Shown here: in pieces, positions 18,654 to 27,122 of the stretch | How the letters are laid out: each line of letters begins with the position of its first letter | Position numbering within the stretch: position 1 is the first letter of the stretch | Source: Candidatus Versatilivorator sp. | Lineage (GTDB): Bacteria > Acidobacteriota > Terriglobia > Versatilivoradales > Versatilivoraceae | NCBI GenBank assembly: GCA_965207735.1 | Contig: OZ242296.1 | Coordinates: forward strand, 796,257-860,256 | Direction: 5' to 3' | DNA length: 64,000 nucleotides | Translations under genes and position numbers: made by a program | The notes under the pieces: model-generated | The model's input: the letters and a program-made list of their open reading frames with translations, nothing else | What the model was told of the DNA's origin: nothing | Databases searched by the model: none

Positions 18654-19023
18654 GAGCCTTTTGCAAAATTCCGTAGGCGACGGTTTTGGGGGTCGGGAGA
18701 GGGAACAGGGAATGCGAGGGACAGGTCGGCTCTGTGTCTGAATGGCCACAAAAGGCACAAAAGCCGGAATCGGCAGGTCTCAAATCTCATGGAGGCATCC
18801 GGGTTCAGAGAACACGGCTCTCCGTGGAACGGCCACAAAAGGCACAAAAACGGGATTGGGCAAGACTGGAGCCCTGTTTTGTGCTTTTTGTGGTTGAGCC
18901 GTTTCCCATTCGCCGGGCAGCGGGACCTTTCCCGGGAGAAGCCAGTGGAGAGGTCAGTCACGGGACAGGCCGATCCTCTATTGTTTCATGCAAATGCCCC
19001 ATTCCGCATTTTGCAAAGGCCTC
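18654..19023. mobile_element. Non-autonomous (MITE-like) derivative of the adjacent IS, ~370 bp
   Basis: Starts with an exact copy of the IRL ('gagccttttgcaaaattc', 18654-18671). Ends with a near-copy of the IRR plus subterminal sequence ('ccccattccgcattttgcaaaggcctc', ending at 19023). Flanked by GTGT at 18650-18653 and 19024-19027. No transposase inside. Confidence 0.65.
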
Positions 19024-19266
19024 GTGTGTTATCTTTTTTGTGCTCTGTGCGGGCGCAAGAAGCGAACCGCCAAGGCCCTGACCGCCACAACGGCAAGAAG
19101 AGCGGGCTCTTTGGTGATGGCGATACGGGAGGTGCAGCATGAATGTGGCCGCCTCGGAAACGTTCATATCAACCATTGTGGGCCGCATCGTGAGAGGCTT
19201 CCAGTCTTCGCGGGTCGTCCTATTTGGATCCCTTGCACGGGGCGTGGCAACCGAACAGAGGAATCC

Positions 19267-19710
19267 ATGGCCAACCAGGTGCAAATCCGAATAGACCAGA
19301 CGAGCCCGGCGGCCTCCACCACCCAGGTCCGAGGCCATCGGATTTCAGTGGACCGTCCTTTGGAAAAGGGGGGCGAGGACCGGGGACCCATGGGGGGCGA
19401 GCTGATCCTGGTCGGTCTGGGGGGATGCTTTACCAGCAACCTTCTGGCAGCCATCCGAGCCCGTCAGGCGCCGGTGAGCCGGGTATCCACGACAGTCACC
19501 GCCACGCTGGCTGAGAGCCCTTCCCGCTTTGCCGCTATTGATCTGGCCGTATCCGCCGACTGCAGCGATGCCGCGCTTCTCCAAAAGCTGGTCAGCATCG
19601 CCGAACGGGCCTGTATTGCGGCCAATACCCTGCGGGGCGGTGTGAGTCTGAAGGTTCGTGTCGCCGCAATGGAGCCAGCCGAAGAGGTGTCCTGCCCTAA
19701 GAACGCCTAA
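19267..19710 (+). CDS. OsmC/Ohr family peroxiredoxin-like protein
   Basis: 147 aa from the internal ATG at 19267. 'GGELILVGLGGCFTSNL' and 'AERACIAANTL' carry the two conserved Cys of the OsmC family. The upstream part of the track ORF (18988-19266) overlaps the MITE. Confidence 0.75.
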   Translation: MANQVQIRIDQTSPAASTTQVRGHRISVDRPLEKGGEDRGPMGGELILVGLGGCFTSNLLAAIRARQAPVSRVSTTVTATLAESPSRFAAIDLAVSADCSDAALLQKLVSIAERACIAANTLRGGVSLKVRVAAMEPAEEVSCPKNA

Positions 19711-19929
19711 TCCCATTGTAGGAGTGCCCCTTGTGGGCACCCAATGAGGATGGCTGTGCTTGGACCGTCATATCCGCGGCGGGCTTCCCTCAGGTCCTCT
19801 GAAGCAACGTCACGCCATGATCGCCGCGGCCGTCTCGCGGAGGCAGTTTTGCCTTGCGGCTAAGCCATAAATCCAATAAAATCCGAAGCTTCGGGGCAAT
19901 AACCGATCCGTGACCGCCCGGACGACCCT

Positions 19930-21153
19930 ATGCCGGTGCTGTCGGAAGGGATGTTTCATCCACCCATGGCCGTTTATCTGGATTGCGCCGCCACCGCCCC
20001 GGTCGATCCCCGGGTGCAACGGGAGGTCATGACCTATCTGGGCGTTGAATTCGGCAATGCCGGCAGTCGGCACCACGGGTTCGGTTCCAGAGCTCGTAGC
20101 GCCGTGGAGAGGGCGCGTGTCCAAGTCGCGGCGGTGGTGGGCGCCACCCGGGGCGAAATTATCTTCACCAGCGGCGCTACCGAAAGCAACAACCTGGCCC
20201 TGCTGGGTTTGGCCGAGCACGGGGCCGGGACCGACAGGTTTCACCTTGTCAGCACCAGGATTGAGCACAAGTCCGTATTGGAACCCCTGCGGGCCCTTTC
20301 CGGCCGCGGTTTTGAAGTCACCCTGGTGGCTCCGGAGCCCGGCGGCTGGGTGCGTCCAGGGGCTATCCGGGACGCACTCCGAGAAAATACCCTGCTGGTC
20401 TCGGTCATGCAGGTCAACAACGAGACCGGCGTCATTCAGCCCATCCTGGAAATCGCCCGGCTGCTCGAGAACCATCCGGCTTACCTGCACGTGGATGCCG
20501 CCCAAGGCTTCGGGAAAGAGATCGCATCGCTACGCAACCGTCGCATCGACTTGATCAGCATCAGCGGTCATAAGGTCTACGCCCCCAAGGGCATCGGCGC
20601 CCTGGTCACCCGCCGGCGGAACGGACAGCGGCCTCCTCTCACCCCTTTAATGCATGGGGGAGGCCAGGAACTGGGGTTACGTCCCGGGACATTGCCGGTT
20701 CCGCTCATCGCCGGACTTGGCAAGGCCTCCGAACTGGCTTTGGCGGAGCACCAGGAACGCAACACGGTCTGTCGAAGGTTCAAGGAAATTCTCCTGCGGG
20801 AATTGCGGATGCTGAAGCCTGTCTTCAACGGGGATCTCGACCGCACGGTCCCTCAGATTGTCAACTTTTCCTTGCCGGGAATCAGCTCGGAGGAAGCCAT
20901 CGAGGCCGTGAGCCAGGTAGCCGCCATCTCCAACGGATCGGCCTGTACTTCGACCTCCGATAGCTGCAGCCACGTGCTGAGCGCTCAGAAGCTGGACGAG
21001 GCCCGCATGGAGGGGGCGCTTCGCCTTTCCTGGTGCCACCTGAGCCGTCAGCCCGACTGGAACGCCTTCATCCAGGCAGTCGAGGGGATTGGAGAACCGG
21101 CTCTCCCCGAAAGCTCAACCGCGGTGGGGATTGGCCAGGCCGGCGCCGCCTGA
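19930..21153 (+). CDS. Cysteine desulfurase (NifS/IscS-like, class V aminotransferase)
   Basis: 407 aa. 'FTSGATESNN', PLP-Lys 'SISGHKVYAPKGIGAL', catalytic Cys loop 'SNGSACTS'. A start at 19966 is also possible. Confidence 0.85.
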   Translation: MPVLSEGMFHPPMAVYLDCAATAPVDPRVQREVMTYLGVEFGNAGSRHHGFGSRARSAVERARVQVAAVVGATRGEIIFTSGATESNNLALLGLAEHGAGTDRFHLVSTRIEHKSVLEPLRALSGRGFEVTLVAPEPGGWVRPGAIRDALRENTLLVSVMQVNNETGVIQPILEIARLLENHPAYLHVDAAQGFGKEIASLRNRRIDLISISGHKVYAPKGIGALVTRRRNGQRPPLTPLMHGGGQELGLRPGTLPVPLIAGLGKASELALAEHQERNTVCRRFKEILLRELRMLKPVFNGDLDRTVPQIVNFSLPGISSEEAIEAVSQVAAISNGSACTSTSDSCSHVLSAQKLDEARMEGALRLSWCHLSRQPDWNAFIQAVEGIGEPALPESSTAVGIGQAGAA

Positions 21154-21173
21154 AAGCGGACGACACCATCCGA

Positions 21174-21650
21174 ATGGCACAAGACCGGCAGCAGCACATT
21201 CGGTACAAGCGATCCCGGTTTTCAACACGGCTGCCGCTGGACCGCCGCTATACGGCCTCGCACTTCTGGACTGTCGAGCAGCAAACCGGCCTTTGGCGGG
21301 TGGGAATGACCAAATTCGCCACACGGATGCTCGGTGATCTTGTAGAATTCGAATTCGATGCCAAGCCCGGCCAGCAGGTCAGTGTCGGACAGACCATCGG
21401 CTGGATCGAAGCCTTCAAGGCCCTGACCGACCTCTATTGCGTGGTCGACGGAGTATTCAGGAGTGTGAACCCCCTGATCGAAGAGGATATCAGTCTGGTC
21501 GACTCCGATCCCTACGGAAAGGGGTGGCTCTACAGCGCCAGCGGTACTCCTGAGTCCAAGAGCGTGGACGTGCACGGATACGTGGAGATTCTGGATCTCA
21601 CCATCGACAAGATGAAAGAGCAGTCGGGAAACAGGGATAGCGATGGATAA
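21174..21650 (+). CDS. Glycine-cleavage H-protein-like lipoyl/biotinyl-type carrier protein
   Basis: 158 aa from the ATG at 21174. 'YTASHFW...VGMTKFATRMLGDLVEFEF', 'IGWIEAFKALTDLY' (matches the ESVKAASD lipoyl-Lys region) and 'DPYGKGWL'. Confidence 0.75.
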   Translation: MAQDRQQHIRYKRSRFSTRLPLDRRYTASHFWTVEQQTGLWRVGMTKFATRMLGDLVEFEFDAKPGQQVSVGQTIGWIEAFKALTDLYCVVDGVFRSVNPLIEEDISLVDSDPYGKGWLYSASGTPESKSVDVHGYVEILDLTIDKMKEQSGNRDSDG

Positions 21651-22782
21651 GGCCCGCTACATCATGATCGGTGGGTTTCTGGGGGCCGGCAAGACGACAG
21701 CGGTGCTGCGACTGGCCAAGCTCTTGGAAGGCCGCGGGTCGCAAGTGGGACTGATCACCAACGACCAGAGCCACGGGTTGGTCGATACCGCCCTGCTCGG
21801 CTCCAGCGGGTTTCCCGTGGAGGAAATCACCGGCGGTTGCTTCTGCTGCAAGTTCGATTCCCTGGTGAGCGCCTCCGAACGGCTTTCCCGAGAGCGGCAG
21901 CCCGATGTCTTCCTGGCCGAGCCGGTGGGAAGCTGCACCGATTTGAAAGCCACCGTGGATTATCCCCTGCGCCGCATGTACGGGGAGAACTACTGGATTG
22001 CTCCCTTGAGCGTGATGGTGGATCCGGTTCGCGCCCTGCGCATTCTGGAGCTGGAGCCCGGGAGGTCTTTCTCACCCAAGGTGGTTTACGTCTACCGCAA
22101 GCAATTGGAGGAAGCCGACATCATCGTCATCAACAAGATCGATCTGCTCAGCCCGCAACGCCTGGAGCGGCTTCGCGGGGCCCTGCAGGAGTCCTTTTCC
22201 CCGCACCTTGTGTTGTCCGTTTCCGCTCGCCAGGACAAAGGCCTGGAGGAATGGTTCGAACAGATCACCCAGCCCCGGGCCTGCACACGGGGTGATCTGG
22301 CCGTGGACTACGACACCTACGCCGAGGGAGAGGCGCTTCTCGGCTGGCTAAACTGCAGCTTGCGGGTCGGGGCTGCGGCTCCCTTTGACGGTAACCTTTT
22401 TCTGCGGGACGCCATGGCAGCCATCCAGCGACGGATACGATCCCGGGAAATCGCCCACTTGAAGATGACCTTGACCCCTGACGAACAGGGCCAGGATATC
22501 GGGGTGGCCAATCTCACCGGTAGCGATGTCGCTCCTGACCAGTCCCATGTGTTGCAGGAACCTCTGAGGGCCGGGGAACTCATCGTCAATCTGAGGGCGG
22601 AGGCCGACCCGGACGCCTTGCGGACCCAGGTTCAGGAAGCCCTCGCGGCCCTCCGCCGGGATGGGGGCCTGGAATTCGAGATCGAGCATCTGGAATCGTT
22701 CCGTCCGGCCCGGCCCACCCCCACCCACCGGCTGCAGGCGTCGGAGACCGGGGTCGCGGCCTCACAGTCCGTTTCGGCTTGA
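21643..22782 (+). CDS. G3E-family P-loop GTPase (CobW/HypB/UreG-like) with CxCC motif and extra C-terminal domain
   Basis: 379 aa. Walker A 'GGFLGAGKTT', 'ITNDQ', 'GGCFCCK' (GCxCC), 'VINKIDL' (NKxD). The start overlaps the GcvH-like stop by 8 nt. Confidence 0.75.
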   Translation: MDKARYIMIGGFLGAGKTTAVLRLAKLLEGRGSQVGLITNDQSHGLVDTALLGSSGFPVEEITGGCFCCKFDSLVSASERLSRERQPDVFLAEPVGSCTDLKATVDYPLRRMYGENYWIAPLSVMVDPVRALRILELEPGRSFSPKVVYVYRKQLEEADIIVINKIDLLSPQRLERLRGALQESFSPHLVLSVSARQDKGLEEWFEQITQPRACTRGDLAVDYDTYAEGEALLGWLNCSLRVGAAAPFDGNLFLRDAMAAIQRRIRSREIAHLKMTLTPDEQGQDIGVANLTGSDVAPDQSHVLQEPLRAGELIVNLRAEADPDALRTQVQEALAALRRDGGLEFEIEHLESFRPARPTPTHRLQASETGVAASQSVSA

Positions 22783-22822
22783 ATATGGCGACAACCACCA
22801 CGTCAGGATACCGGGCCACCCA

Positions 22823-23191
22823 ATGCCGGGAGCGATGATGGCGCCAGCAGCAAAAATCCTCTATTGTCGTTGCGCCTACGCCAAGGTAATCGCTCCGGAA
22901 GTCAAGGACGAGGTCCTTCAAAGGCTCACGCAATCCGGGGTGCCCTTTGAGGCCGTGCCCGATTTGTGCGAGATGTCTGCCCGGCGCGATCCGGCGCTCA
23001 AACGCTTGGCGGCGGAGGATGGAACCAAGATTGCAGCCTGCTATCCTCGAGCCGTAAGGTGGCTTTTTTCAGCAGCCCAGTCCCCTCTGCCTAAAGACAC
23101 GGTTGATATTGTGAACATGCGCGTTGACAGTGCCGAAACCGTCGCCCAGGGTCTCCTTCAAGAGCATTCGAAAGGAGAAGATTCATCGTGA
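22823..23191 (+). CDS. Small Cys-containing protein of unknown function (~120 aa)
   Basis: In operon frame. 'KILYCRCAYAKVIAPEVKDEVLQRL...VPDLCEM...IAACYPRAV'. The start is ambiguous (ATG at 22823, 22835 or 22838). The stop overlaps the next gene's GTG start. Confidence 0.5.
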   Translation: MPGAMMAPAAKILYCRCAYAKVIAPEVKDEVLQRLTQSGVPFEAVPDLCEMSARRDPALKRLAAEDGTKIAACYPRAVRWLFSAAQSPLPKDTVDIVNMRVDSAETVAQGLLQEHSKGEDSS

Positions 23192-24081
23192 TCGCCCCCA
23201 AGCTGCCTCTCCAGATCGGCCTCTACCAGAACGGCGGCCACCACCTGCTCGGCGAGGACCGGCAGTACGACCTGACCCGCAGCCTTCTGGACAAGGGCTA
23301 TGCGGTTTCGGTTATCCGTTCGGACAGTCAAATTGGACAAATCCGGGAAGGGGCCTGGCTCTTTCTGGGGTGCTTCGGCAAGGAAGAAGCGTTTCCGTCC
23401 GTGGGAAACGGGAACGGAGCCAAGCTCTACTTCCGGGACATCGATGGTCTGGAAACCTCGCAGATACTGGAGGCCGTGGAGCAGGTGCGCGGTGAAACCG
23501 AGCTGCCCGATCCGGGCGGCTGGAAACCCTGGTTTCCGGTGATCGATTACAACCGCTGCACCAACTGCATGCAATGCCTGAGCTTCTGTCTGTTTGACGT
23601 CTACGGTGTACACGAGGACAAGATCCAGGTGCAGAACGAGAGCAATTGCAAGACGGACTGCCCCGCCTGCTCCCGAGTCTGCCCCGAGGTGGCCATTCTC
23701 TTTCCCAAGTACAAGAGCGGTCCCATCAACGGAGACGTGGTGCGGCAGGAGGACATTCAGCGTGAGGCCATGAAGGTGGACATCTCGGCCCTGCTGGGCG
23801 GGGATCTATACGGGTCCCTGCGGCAGCGCCAGACGGAAGCTCGCCAGCGTTTCTCCACCGAGCGGGACGAGTCTCGAGCCCTGCTGGAGCGCAAGAAGTG
23901 CCTGCGCAAGCTCAAGAAGGATTTTGACATCCCGGACGAGGTTCTGATGAGCCTGCCTTCGGCCGGCGACATCCAGGAGCGGGCCGAACGGGCCAAGGCA
24001 AAGCTGGCTGCCCGCCAGGAGCGCTCCCAGACCGTCAGGGACACCCGGCCGGCGCCCACCGAAGACGACTGGGGAATCTAG
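23188..24081 (+). CDS. 4Fe-4S dicluster ferredoxin-domain protein with unknown N-domain and long charged C-terminal tail
   Basis: 297 aa. GTG start with AAAGGAG upstream. 'CTNCMQCLSFCLFDV' and 'CKTDCPACSRVCPEVAI' are two CxxCxxCxxxC(P)-type clusters. The C-terminal ~110 aa is Arg/Lys/Glu-rich. Confidence 0.8.
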   Translation: MIAPKLPLQIGLYQNGGHHLLGEDRQYDLTRSLLDKGYAVSVIRSDSQIGQIREGAWLFLGCFGKEEAFPSVGNGNGAKLYFRDIDGLETSQILEAVEQVRGETELPDPGGWKPWFPVIDYNRCTNCMQCLSFCLFDVYGVHEDKIQVQNESNCKTDCPACSRVCPEVAILFPKYKSGPINGDVVRQEDIQREAMKVDISALLGGDLYGSLRQRQTEARQRFSTERDESRALLERKKCLRKLKKDFDIPDEVLMSLPSAGDIQERAERAKAKLAARQERSQTVRDTRPAPTEDDWGI

Positions 24082-24084
24082 CCG

Positions 24085-25290
24085 ATGCTCACAACTTTGC
24101 TCTCCTTTGGCTACCGCGTGGTTCGAACCACCGATGCCCGTCTGCTGTGGAAGATCGGCTACAACTTCGGGTACAAGGGCATCCGTTCCGTTCAGCGATT
24201 CAAGGCCCGGCTCAAGCAGGGACAGACCTTTCCCCCGTTTCTCTATATCTCCATCACCAATAGCTGCAACCTGCGCTGCCAGGGATGCTGGGTGGACGTC
24301 GACAAGCCCCAGTCCCTGATCAGCTTCGAGGACATGAACCGCTTGATCGGGAATGCCAAGCAGCATGGGAACAGCTTTTTCGGGATCCTGGGGGGAGAGC
24401 CGTTCCTCCATCCCGACCTCATCGCCATCCTGAAGGCTCACCCCGACTGCTACTTTCAGATCTTCACCAACGGGCACGCCATCACCGACAAGGTGGCCGC
24501 CGAGCTCCGCAAGGCCGGCAACGCCACACCCCTGGTCAGCGTGGAAGGGACCGAAGCCGTCAGCGACGTGCGGCGCGGCCGCAAAGGAGTCCTGAATCGG
24601 ACCCTGGCCGGCATCCAGGCCAGTCTTCGGCACCGTCTGATCACCGGGGTCGCCACCAGTGTCTGCCAGAGCAACTTCGACGACCTGGTCCGGGAGTCCT
24701 GGATCGACAACCTCATCGATATGGGAGTGCACTACACCTGGTTCCACACCTATCGCGCCGTAGGGCCCGTAGCCAACCCCCAGCTGGCCCTGACCGCCGA
24801 GCAGGGGCTCCGACTGCGCCGGTTCGTGCTGGATATGCGCAACCGCAAGCCCATCGGGATCGTGGATGCCTACTACGACGACCGGGGGGAGGCGCTGTGC
24901 CCGGCGGCCACCGGGATCAGCCACCACATCAGTCCCTTTGGCGACGTGGAGCCCTGCCCCGTGGTCCAGTTCGCCAACGAGTCCATCCACGACAACCAGG
25001 GGGACCTGTTCAAGACCATGACCGAGTCGCCCTTGCTGGAGGACTTTCGGCGCACGGCCGCCGGGGCTACCCGGGGCTGCATCGTGCTGGAACGACCCGA
25101 TCTCCTCAAGCAGGTGGTGGAGCGCAACAGCGCTCAAGACACCACCCTGCGGCACACAGCCATGCCGGAACTGGAGCAGATGCAATCCAGGCCCAGCCAG
25201 TACAATCCGGGCAACGAGCTGCCGGAGGAGAACTGGGCCTACCGTTTCGCCAAGAAGCACTGGTTCTTCGGATTTGGAGCCTACACCTGA
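24085..25290 (+). CDS. Radical SAM enzyme (no B12-binding domain evident)
   Basis: 401 aa. 'ISITNSCNLRCQGCW' (CxxxCxxC), 'GILGGEPFLH' (GGEP). C-terminal Cys pairs 'ALCPAATG...VEPCPV' and 'TRGCIV'. Confidence 0.85.
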   Translation: MLTTLLSFGYRVVRTTDARLLWKIGYNFGYKGIRSVQRFKARLKQGQTFPPFLYISITNSCNLRCQGCWVDVDKPQSLISFEDMNRLIGNAKQHGNSFFGILGGEPFLHPDLIAILKAHPDCYFQIFTNGHAITDKVAAELRKAGNATPLVSVEGTEAVSDVRRGRKGVLNRTLAGIQASLRHRLITGVATSVCQSNFDDLVRESWIDNLIDMGVHYTWFHTYRAVGPVANPQLALTAEQGLRLRRFVLDMRNRKPIGIVDAYYDDRGEALCPAATGISHHISPFGDVEPCPVVQFANESIHDNQGDLFKTMTESPLLEDFRRTAAGATRGCIVLERPDLLKQVVERNSAQDTTLRHTAMPELEQMQSRPSQYNPGNELPEENWAYRFAKKHWFFGFGAYT

Positions 25291-25331
25291 AGAGGAGTCC
25301 CGCCGCGGGAATCCAGGAGGGAGTCGCCAGC

Positions 25332-27122
25332 ATGATCCGGAAGGTAGTGGACGATCTCAAGCAGGCGCCGGATTCCGGAAACGGAGTTCTGCTGACACTT
25401 CCGGCCAAGGTCCCCAAGCAAGCCTATCGCCCGGCTCAGTCCAATATTCCCGACGACAAGCGGGTCCGGGTCTTTCTGAAGAAGGTCGTGGCCGATCATG
25501 TCCGCACGGTGGGCGCGGTGCCGCCGCTGACCATGGATGAGCTGCGGGACCATGCCACCGCCGTATTGACGAAGGCCGGGCTGGAAAGCAAGTACCGGGA
25601 CTACGCCGCCATTCTGGTCGGCAACGAGTCCTGGAGGGATACCCTGGCGCAGATTCCCTTCAACCGCCGTCTCCTGCTGCTCCCCAAGTGCCTGCGGGTG
25701 GAAGAACGCTGTCCGGCCCCCTTCGACGAGTTCGGGCTGCTCTGCAAGGAGTGCGGGCTGTGCTCTATCCAGGACCTGTCGGTGGAGGCCGAGAGGCTGG
25801 GCTACGCCGTCCTGGTTGCGGAGGGTTCGGCTATCGTGCGGCAGATGATCGAGACGGGCAAGATCGAAGCGGTGGTGGGAGTCAGTTGCATCAACGTGCT
25901 GGAGAAGTGCTTCCCCCATATGGAAGCGGCAGCCGTGCCGGGAATGGCCATTCCGCTGCTTCAGGACGATTGCGTGAACACCACCGTGGACCTGGACTGG
26001 GTCTGGGACCTGATTCACCTGACGGCCGACGACAAGACCTATCGCCTCGACCTGGACGGGCTCAAGAGCGAGGTTCAGAGTTGGTTCCGCAGGGAGGCGT
26101 TGGCGGAGCTGATGGGCGCGCCCTCGGAGGAGACGGCTGTCATCGCCCAGGACTGGCTGGCCAAGGCCGGAAAGCGCTGGAGACCCTATCTGGCCACCTG
26201 CACCACCATGGCGCTGCAGAGCCACCGGCAGGAGGCCTCCCCCCAAGCCTCGGCAGACCTGAAGAAGCTGGCGGTGGCCATTGAATGCTTCCACAAGGCC
26301 TCCCTGATCCACGACGACATCGAGGACGGCGACCTGGAGCGCTACGGCAGCCAAGCGCTGCACGCCGAGGTTGGAATGCCGGTAGCTCTCAACGTGGGAG
26401 ACTATCTGCTGGGAGAGGGCTACCGCTTGATCTCCGAGCTTTCCATCGATCCGGCCGTTCGGGTGGAGATGCTGCGGCTGGCCTCGGAAGGCCACCTGAC
26501 CTTGAGTCGCGGTCAGGGGTTGGAACTCTGCTGGGCCAGGAGTCCCAAGCCCCTCTCCTCCCTGCAGGTGCTGGATATCTTCCGCAAGAAGACGGCGCCG
26601 GCCTTCGAAGTGGCGCTGCGTCTGGGAGCCTGCCTGGCAGGCGCCGACGAAGAAACCCACTCCGTCCTGCGCCAGTACAGCCAATCGCTGGGCATCGCCT
26701 ATCAGATCCGCGACGATCTGGAGGACTACAACGGAAGCGGCGATTCCAACGACCTGGAGGCCCTGCGGCCCTCCCTGATTCTGGCCATTGCGCACAAGCG
26801 CGCCCTGCAGGGCCGCGAAAAGGACCTCATTTCCTCCCTCTTTTGCTTGGAGCGTGGCTATTCCCAGGTCTCGGCTGAAGTGCAGCGCATCCTGGTGGAA
26901 CGCGGGGTCACCGAGAAGGCCGAAGAACTTCTGGAGGCCTACAAGGAAGAGGCGGTTCGTTCCTTGCGCTTTCTCTCCAACCCGACGCTGAAGGGATTGC
27001 TGCGCCGGGTGGTGGGCAAGATCTTCGGCGAGCAGTTCATCGAGGGCTACTGCAGTGAGTTTGAGGCTCGAAATGCTGCAGGTCGCGCGCCTGGCCCCCA
27101 ACCTGTTGCGCGAAGCCACTGA
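25332..27122 (+). CDS. DUF116-like Cys-rich domain fused to a trans-polyprenyl diphosphate synthase domain
   Basis: 596 aa from the ATG at 25332 (GGAGGG RBS). N-half: 'RRLLLLPKCLRVEERCPAPFDEFGLLCKECGLCSI...VVGVSCINVLEKC...IPLLQDDCVNTTVD' (DUF116 pattern as I recall it). C-half: 'GKRWRP', first Asp-rich 'LIHDDIEDGD', second 'QIRDDLEDY'. The upstream 349 codons of track ORF 24285-27122 are off-frame overlap with the rSAM gene. Confidence 0.8.
   Translation: MIRKVVDDLKQAPDSGNGVLLTLPAKVPKQAYRPAQSNIPDDKRVRVFLKKVVADHVRTVGAVPPLTMDELRDHATAVLTKAGLESKYRDYAAILVGNESWRDTLAQIPFNRRLLLLPKCLRVEERCPAPFDEFGLLCKECGLCSIQDLSVEAERLGYAVLVAEGSAIVRQMIETGKIEAVVGVSCINVLEKCFPHMEAAAVPGMAIPLLQDDCVNTTVDLDWVWDLIHLTADDKTYRLDLDGLKSEVQSWFRREALAELMGAPSEETAVIAQDWLAKAGKRWRPYLATCTTMALQSHRQEASPQASADLKKLAVAIECFHKASLIHDDIEDGDLERYGSQALHAEVGMPVALNVGDYLLGEGYRLISELSIDPAVRVEMLRLASEGHLTLSRGQGLELCWARSPKPLSSLQVLDIFRKKTAPAFEVALRLGACLAGADEETHSVLRQYSQSLGIAYQIRDDLEDYNGSGDSNDLEALRPSLILAIAHKRALQGREKDLISSLFCLERGYSQVSAEVQRILVERGVTEKAEELLEAYKEEAVRSLRFLSNPTLKGLLRRVVGKIFGEQFIEGYCSEFEARNAAGRAPGPQPVARSH

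Noticed and set aside
18744-18893. Possible mini-CRISPR because of the repeated 19-mer GGCCACAAAAGGCACAAAA
   Set aside because: Only two direct copies plus one inverted imperfect copy, with unequal spacing and no cas genes. They lie inside a TIR-bounded MITE.
11268-19930. Genomic island integrated at tRNA-Glu (tRNA, then IS, MITEs, receptor and regulator)
   Set aside because: No integrase, no direct repeat of the tRNA 3' end and no clear compositional block. The mobile elements are individually explained.
19810-20505. 231-aa minus-strand ORF
   Set aside because: Antisense to the NifS-like cysteine desulfurase.
23806-25260. 484-aa minus-strand ORF
   Set aside because: Antisense to the ferredoxin tail and the radical SAM gene.
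24285-25331. First 349 codons of the 945-aa track ORF 24285-27122 (Arg/Pro/Gly-rich)
   Set aside because: It lies in an alternative frame fully overlapping the well-supported radical SAM gene (24085-25290). Its composition is typical of off-frame translation of high-GC DNA. The real gene starts at the ATG at 25332, which has an RBS.
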